Of a DNA stretch of 64,000 nt, positions 59,595 through 64,000 are shown piece after piece (position 1 is the stretch's first letter; the number at the start of each line of letters is the position of its first letter). The DNA lies in NCBI GenBank assembly GCA_902571865.1, contig CACGDO010000001.1, positions 82,315-146,314 on the forward strand. The letters run 5' to 3'. Both the position numbers and the translations under genes were made by a program. The stretch comes from an uncultured Alphaproteobacteria bacterium. Lineage in GTDB: Bacteria > Pseudomonadota > Alphaproteobacteria > HIMB59 > GCA-002718135. Below the pieces are notes generated by a model that saw only the letters and a program-made list of their open reading frames with translations, was not told the DNA's origin and searched no databases.

Positions 59595-60734
59595 ATGTAT
59601 AGAAAAGCATTCTTTGCCATATGCTTAAATGGTTTCGCACTTGCTTTTACTTGGGGAATAACTGTAACAAATATCCCATGGTTATTTGATAGAGTTGGCA
59701 TTAAAGAAACTGATTTAGGAATTTGGTTTACAATTTTTGCTGTTCTACAACTTTTTTTCAGTCAATTATCAGGAAGAGTAATTGTGCCACTTATTGGGAC
59801 CACTAAAACTTTAATGTTAGGTCAATTGAGTTTTGCAATATTTCCTTATATATTTATTACAGCTAGCAACATACAAACATTTTTTTTATCCAGTATTCCA
59901 TTATCAATAGCTGCAGGTTTAATTTTTCCTACAATTGCTAGTAGTACTAACTTTATTGAAAATAAAACTAAAAGAATTTATCAAACATACCAACAAGCTT
60001 CATTTAGTTTTGGTTTTATTATTAGTGGTATTTTTGCAAGTTTATTTTTTTATTTAAATTTATACCCACCACATATTTTTATAGGTTTAATATTCTTTTT
60101 AACTTTAATTGTTATTCTAACATTTATATTTGGTTTATCTTCTGAAAATGATTATTATGAAAAGTTAGCTAAATTTAAAATTCCTGAAAAAAAGGTTTTA
60201 TTCTTTGGATTAAATTTAGCAATATTCATGGGCACTGTTGGTATTATGCTAGAATGGACACCATTATGGTTAAAAAGAGATCTTAATGCATCCTTGTATG
60301 TTGCATCATTATCAATTCTTTGTTGGGGAGGTGGAGAATTTATAGGCAGAATATATGGTGAAAAAATTGTTAATGCTTACGGTGTAAAATTTGCAGCGGG
60401 GTATTTTGGTTTAGTTGGTTGTTTGATTTTCTTTATTTCTATTTTAACTGCAAATATTTATATTATTATTTTAGCAGTATTTTTATTTGCTCTCTCGACA
60501 TCAAATTTTTATCCTGTTGTTCTGATGCAGGGATTAAAATATACTAATGAAAGTATATCAATCACAGCAGCAAATATTACAACAATAGCTTTCTCTGGCT
60601 TTCTAATAGGGCCAGCAATAATAGGATTTTCTGCTGAAACATTCGGGTTAACTTTTAATGTTATCGCTCTTTGTTTCATTTGGGCATTTAATGGATTATT
60701 ATTTATTTATTTTATTAATCAATTAAGAAATTAA
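59595..60734 (+). CDS. MFS transporter
   Basis: About 12 TM; LEWTP, GEFIGR and GPAIIGF. Confidence 0.85.
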   Translation: MYRKAFFAICLNGFALAFTWGITVTNIPWLFDRVGIKETDLGIWFTIFAVLQLFFSQLSGRVIVPLIGTTKTLMLGQLSFAIFPYIFITASNIQTFFLSSIPLSIAAGLIFPTIASSTNFIENKTKRIYQTYQQASFSFGFIISGIFASLFFYLNLYPPHIFIGLIFFLTLIVILTFIFGLSSENDYYEKLAKFKIPEKKVLFFGLNLAIFMGTVGIMLEWTPLWLKRDLNASLYVASLSILCWGGGEFIGRIYGEKIVNAYGVKFAAGYFGLVGCLIFFISILTANIYIIILAVFLFALSTSNFYPVVLMQGLKYTNESISITAANITTIAFSGFLIGPAIIGFSAETFGLTFNVIALCFIWAFNGLLFIYFINQLRN

Positions 60735-60774
60735 TTTTATTGTAAGAATTTACTATTTCTATAGAAATTGATTA

Positions 60775-62382
60775 ATGTCAAAAATATATGATTTCATAAT
60801 AGCTGGTGGAGGAACGTCAGGAATTATTACAGCAACAAAATTAATTGATCATGGTGCTTCTGTTTTAATTTTAGAAGAAGGAATTAAATCAAATAATTTA
60901 CTTTTATCGATGCCAGCTGGTTGGATTAAAGGTTTAGAAAATAGTCCATTCTTAAAATTTTATGAGTCTATTCCGCAAAAACAATTAAATAACCGTCAGC
61001 ATTTTATAGCACAAGCCAAAACACTTGGAGGAGGTTCTAAAGTAAATGGCATGGTATATATGCGAGGCAAACCATCAGATTATGATAAATGGGAAGAGGA
61101 GAGTGAAGATAGTAATTGGAATTGGAACTCGTTACTCAAGCATTTTGTTAAACTTGAAAATAATCAACGTATTCAAAATGAATATCATGGAAATAAAGGT
61201 AGCTTAAAAGTTTCTGATCCTGGTTATATGGTAGAAGGATCAAACTTATATATCAAAACAATGCAAGCTATGGGTTTGCCTTATAATGATGATTTCAATG
61301 ATGGCGATCAATATGGAGTAGGAACTATGCAATACACCATTGGTAATGGCAAAAGGTGTGATGTGTATAGTGCTTTTTTACAATCAAAAACCAATAACAA
61401 GAATTTAGATATTAAAACGAGTTCAATTGTAACAAAAGTTATTCTTGATCAAAAAAAAGCAATTGGTGTTGAATGTATATCAAATGGTAAATCAACTAAA
61501 TATTTTGCGAATGATATTATTTTAACATCAGGAGCATATGTTACACCTAAAATTTTAATGCATTCCGGAATAGGGGAAGCAAAGCAATTACAACAATTTA
61601 GTATTCCAGTAATTGAAAATTTAAAAGGTGTAGGTAAAAATTTACAAGATCATCATGAAGTCCCCGTGATCTCCAGAGTAAAACCAGGTTATAGTTATTA
61701 TAAACAAGATGAGGGATGGCGAATGATAAAAAATGGAATTCAGTATTTATTATTTAATTCAGGTCCTGTACGGTCGCAAGGCGTTGATAGTTGTTCTTTT
61801 TTTAATCCAGAAAATTTAGAAGATAAAAAAGATCCTAAAATTAAACTGTATTGCGTGCCCATAATGTATACCGATAGGGATACAAAAGGCATAAAATCTG
61901 ATCACGGATTAACACTCACGTCTTGCTTAATGAATCCAAAATCAAGAGGAGAAGTTAGAATTCAATCTTCTAACCCATTAGATTTACCTCTTATTGATCC
62001 AAATTTCTTAAGTCATGAAGATGATATGAGTGTTATGTTAAATGCAGTTAAGCTTGCAAGAAAAGTTATTCAAACAAAACCTTTATCCGATATTGTGTTG
62101 GAAGAAACAGTTCCTGGTCGATCTGTTAATTCAGATGAAGATCTCATTAATTATTCAAAAAAAATGATCAAAACAAATTGGCATCCAGTTGGAACATGTA
62201 AAATGGGTAAAGATAATGATGATATGGCGGTGTTAAATACAAAATTGGAAGTTAAGGGAATAAAAAATTTAAGAGTTTTTGATGTGTCGATGATGCCAAC
62301 AATTGTCGGTGCTAATACTAATGCTCCAGCTATGGCAATAGCAGATAAGGCAACAGACTTATTATTGAGGTCAAACCAATAA
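60775..62382 (+). CDS. GMC family oxidoreductase (choline-dehydrogenase-like)
   Basis: AGGGTSG, LGGGSKVNGMVYMRG, GVGKNLQDH, WHPVGTCKMG and GANTNAP. Confidence 0.92.
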   Translation: MSKIYDFIIAGGGTSGIITATKLIDHGASVLILEEGIKSNNLLLSMPAGWIKGLENSPFLKFYESIPQKQLNNRQHFIAQAKTLGGGSKVNGMVYMRGKPSDYDKWEEESEDSNWNWNSLLKHFVKLENNQRIQNEYHGNKGSLKVSDPGYMVEGSNLYIKTMQAMGLPYNDDFNDGDQYGVGTMQYTIGNGKRCDVYSAFLQSKTNNKNLDIKTSSIVTKVILDQKKAIGVECISNGKSTKYFANDIILTSGAYVTPKILMHSGIGEAKQLQQFSIPVIENLKGVGKNLQDHHEVPVISRVKPGYSYYKQDEGWRMIKNGIQYLLFNSGPVRSQGVDSCSFFNPENLEDKKDPKIKLYCVPIMYTDRDTKGIKSDHGLTLTSCLMNPKSRGEVRIQSSNPLDLPLIDPNFLSHEDDMSVMLNAVKLARKVIQTKPLSDIVLEETVPGRSVNSDEDLINYSKKMIKTNWHPVGTCKMGKDNDDMAVLNTKLEVKGIKNLRVFDVSMMPTIVGANTNAPAMAIADKATDLLLRSNQ

Positions 62383-62514
62383 TTTATTAGAGAAAAAAGA
62401 AATTAATTTTATTAAATGGGGCAAAACTTCCGCAGTGGAGCGGACTTTATACCCCAATTCATTATATTGTATCTTTTTCTTATCTAAAACTATATTCGAC
62501 CTAGATAATATAAA

Positions 62515-64000
62515 ATGAAAAAATTTATCTTATTAATTTTAGCAATAATTCTAGCAGGAGGAGGTTACTACTATTTCTTTGTAAGCAATAATGCAGAAAT
62601 AGCAACTACCAGCTATGAATATATAAAAATAGAAAAAGGAAATATAAAGAAAACTGTTTCTGCTACTGGTAAAATTATTCCAACATCTACTTTAACATTA
62701 TCATCAGAGATATCTGGAAAAATAGTTGAAATTAATAAAGACTTTAACGAACAAATTAGCAAAGGTGAAGTTCTAGCAATCTTTGATCAAAACCCTTTTA
62801 CTTTAAGCGTAAAAGAATCTCAAACTTCAGTAGACATATCAAAATCTAAATTAAAACAAAAACAAGCAAGTCTTGAAAAGGCTAAATCAGAATTAAACAA
62901 CTCAATTGCAAATAAATACGGTGCTGAATCTCGATTAGATGATTCAAATTTATATTTAAGTAAACTAGAAGAAAATCTTGAAGAGCGAAAAGCTCTATTT
63001 GATAAAAAATTTATTTCTAAAAAAGAATTTGATGACACAAATTTTGATTATGAAAGTGCTATTATTCAAAATGCTACTATAAAATCGGAAATATCATCTT
63101 TAGATGCAATTATCAGTTCACGAAAAGCACAAATTGAAATTATTAAAGCAGAAATTGAAGAAGTTGAAAAAATAATTCAACAATCTGAACTGACATTAGA
63201 AAGTGAAAAACTAGACTTAACAAAAACTAAAATTGTTTCTCCAATAGATGGTTTTATTTTGGATAGGCATATTAGCGTTGGTGATGTTCTTGGCGCCTAT
63301 CAAAAAGATTCTATAATGTTTACTATAGCCGAAACACTATCCAATATGAATATAGAAATATTTATTGATGAATCAGATATTGGAAACATTCAATTAAATC
63401 AGGTTGTCGAATTTTCTACCGATGCTTTTCCCGATAGAAAATTAAATGCTACTATTAGCCAAATACGTTATTCACCAATAGATGATCAGAATGTTATCAC
63501 GTATGAAGTTATTGCTTCTTTTGATAACCCAGAAAATCTTCTTCTACCTGGTATGACTGCTAACGTTGATATTATTGTTCAAAATAAAGAAGAAGTTTTA
63601 AAAGTTAAAAATTCAGCTCTGTCTGTTAAGCTCAATCAAAAACCTAAACAAAATTCGGGTGGAAGTAGATGGGGCGGGGGTGGTGCATCTCAAATGCAAG
63701 AAATTATGGCACAAATAAACATGACGGCTGATCAACAAAATAAAATGAGAAGTGTGTATCCAAAATTAGGTAAAGTAAGAGGTTCTTTAGAAGCGAAAAA
63801 CTTATCGCCAGAAAAAATAAGAAAAGAAATTCAGTTATATATTGAGAATGCTTTAATAGAATTATTAACTGACGAACAAAGAAATAAATATTTCTCTTTA
63901 AAAGAATCTTTAAACGTTAAAAAAGTATACAAATTAGTTGATGGTTCTCATGAACAGATTGATTTGGTTACAGGTCTTAATTCCGGTGGTTTTACAGAAA
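62515..64000 (+). CDS. Efflux periplasmic adaptor subunit (MacA/HlyD-like), 3'-partial
   Basis: Absent from the ORF track because it has no stop in the window. Read by hand: MKKFILLILAIILAGGGYYYFF...TVSATGKIIP...SEISGKI...long coiled coil...SPIDG...VGD...DESDIG...DAFPDR...LLLPGMTANV. Confidence 0.9.
   Translation, partial: MKKFILLILAIILAGGGYYYFFVSNNAEIATTSYEYIKIEKGNIKKTVSATGKIIPTSTLTLSSEISGKIVEINKDFNEQISKGEVLAIFDQNPFTLSVKESQTSVDISKSKLKQKQASLEKAKSELNNSIANKYGAESRLDDSNLYLSKLEENLEERKALFDKKFISKKEFDDTNFDYESAIIQNATIKSEISSLDAIISSRKAQIEIIKAEIEEVEKIIQQSELTLESEKLDLTKTKIVSPIDGFILDRHISVGDVLGAYQKDSIMFTIAETLSNMNIEIFIDESDIGNIQLNQVVEFSTDAFPDRKLNATISQIRYSPIDDQNVITYEVIASFDNPENLLLPGMTANVDIIVQNKEEVLKVKNSALSVKLNQKPKQNSGGSRWGGGGASQMQEIMAQINMTADQQNKMRSVYPKLGKVRGSLEAKNLSPEKIRKEIQLYIENALIELLTDEQRNKYFSLKESLNVKKVYKLVDGSHEQIDLVTGLNSGGFTE

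Noticed and set aside
60775-62382. Assigning betA
   Set aside because: GMC motifs do not define the substrate, and there is no betB or choline transporter adjacent.
62417-62456. RNase P, tmRNA, SRP or SAM-SAH identity for the hairpin
   Set aside because: Only short strings resemble them (AAAGTCCG, CAGTGGAGC); the element is too short and lacks the remaining conserved cores.
94-62820. Shadow ORFs in the track (for example 94..411, 748..966, 6186..6380, 7641..7943, 23283..23471, 27220..27465, 32362..32547, 32380..32589, 39957..40139, 40936..41151, 42004..42399, 43469..43672, 44801..45010, 47738..47935, 48194..48403, 48652..48879, 50125..50307, 51528..51716, 51745..52008, 59157..59528, 62820..63038)
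   Set aside because: They are antisense or off-frame overlaps of well-supported genes and have no recognisable motifs.
1-64000. CRISPR array, prophage, integrase or IS element
   Set aside because: No regularly spaced repeats and no recombinase, transposase or phage-like ORF were seen.

Overview
A very AT-rich, gene-dense bacterial chromosome segment. Gene content and short intergenic spacers suggest a streamlined marine alphaproteobacterium (SAR11/HIMB59-like; inference only). It holds about 70 CDS, one tRNA-Arg(CCT) and two riboswitch loci read directly from the sequence. I found no integrase, transposase, rRNA or CRISPR array. Main blocks: mixed metabolic and transport genes with five DMT/EamA permeases (1-16 kb); a TTC38-like / ApnL-like / ApsD-like apiose-oxidation trio and an 870-aa cNMP-acyltransferase-SGNH fusion (16-23 kb); a bacterial (6-4)-type photolyase lacking the FeS cysteines, MutT and Pcs (28-30.5 kb); a tandem glnA-type glutamine riboswitch ahead of an ATP-grasp / alpha-E / transglutaminase operon (30.6-34 kb); a sugar and polyol catabolic cluster (36-47 kb); tRNA-Arg abutting a dimethylargininase gene, then ureDABCEFG (47.5-54 kb); a SAM-II riboswitch plus terminator ahead of an unknown 85-aa protein; an AlkB-like / BacNav-like / FG-GAP run; and DMT, MFS, GMC oxidoreductase and a partial MacA-like adaptor. 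All family assignments come from remembered motifs; no database search was run.
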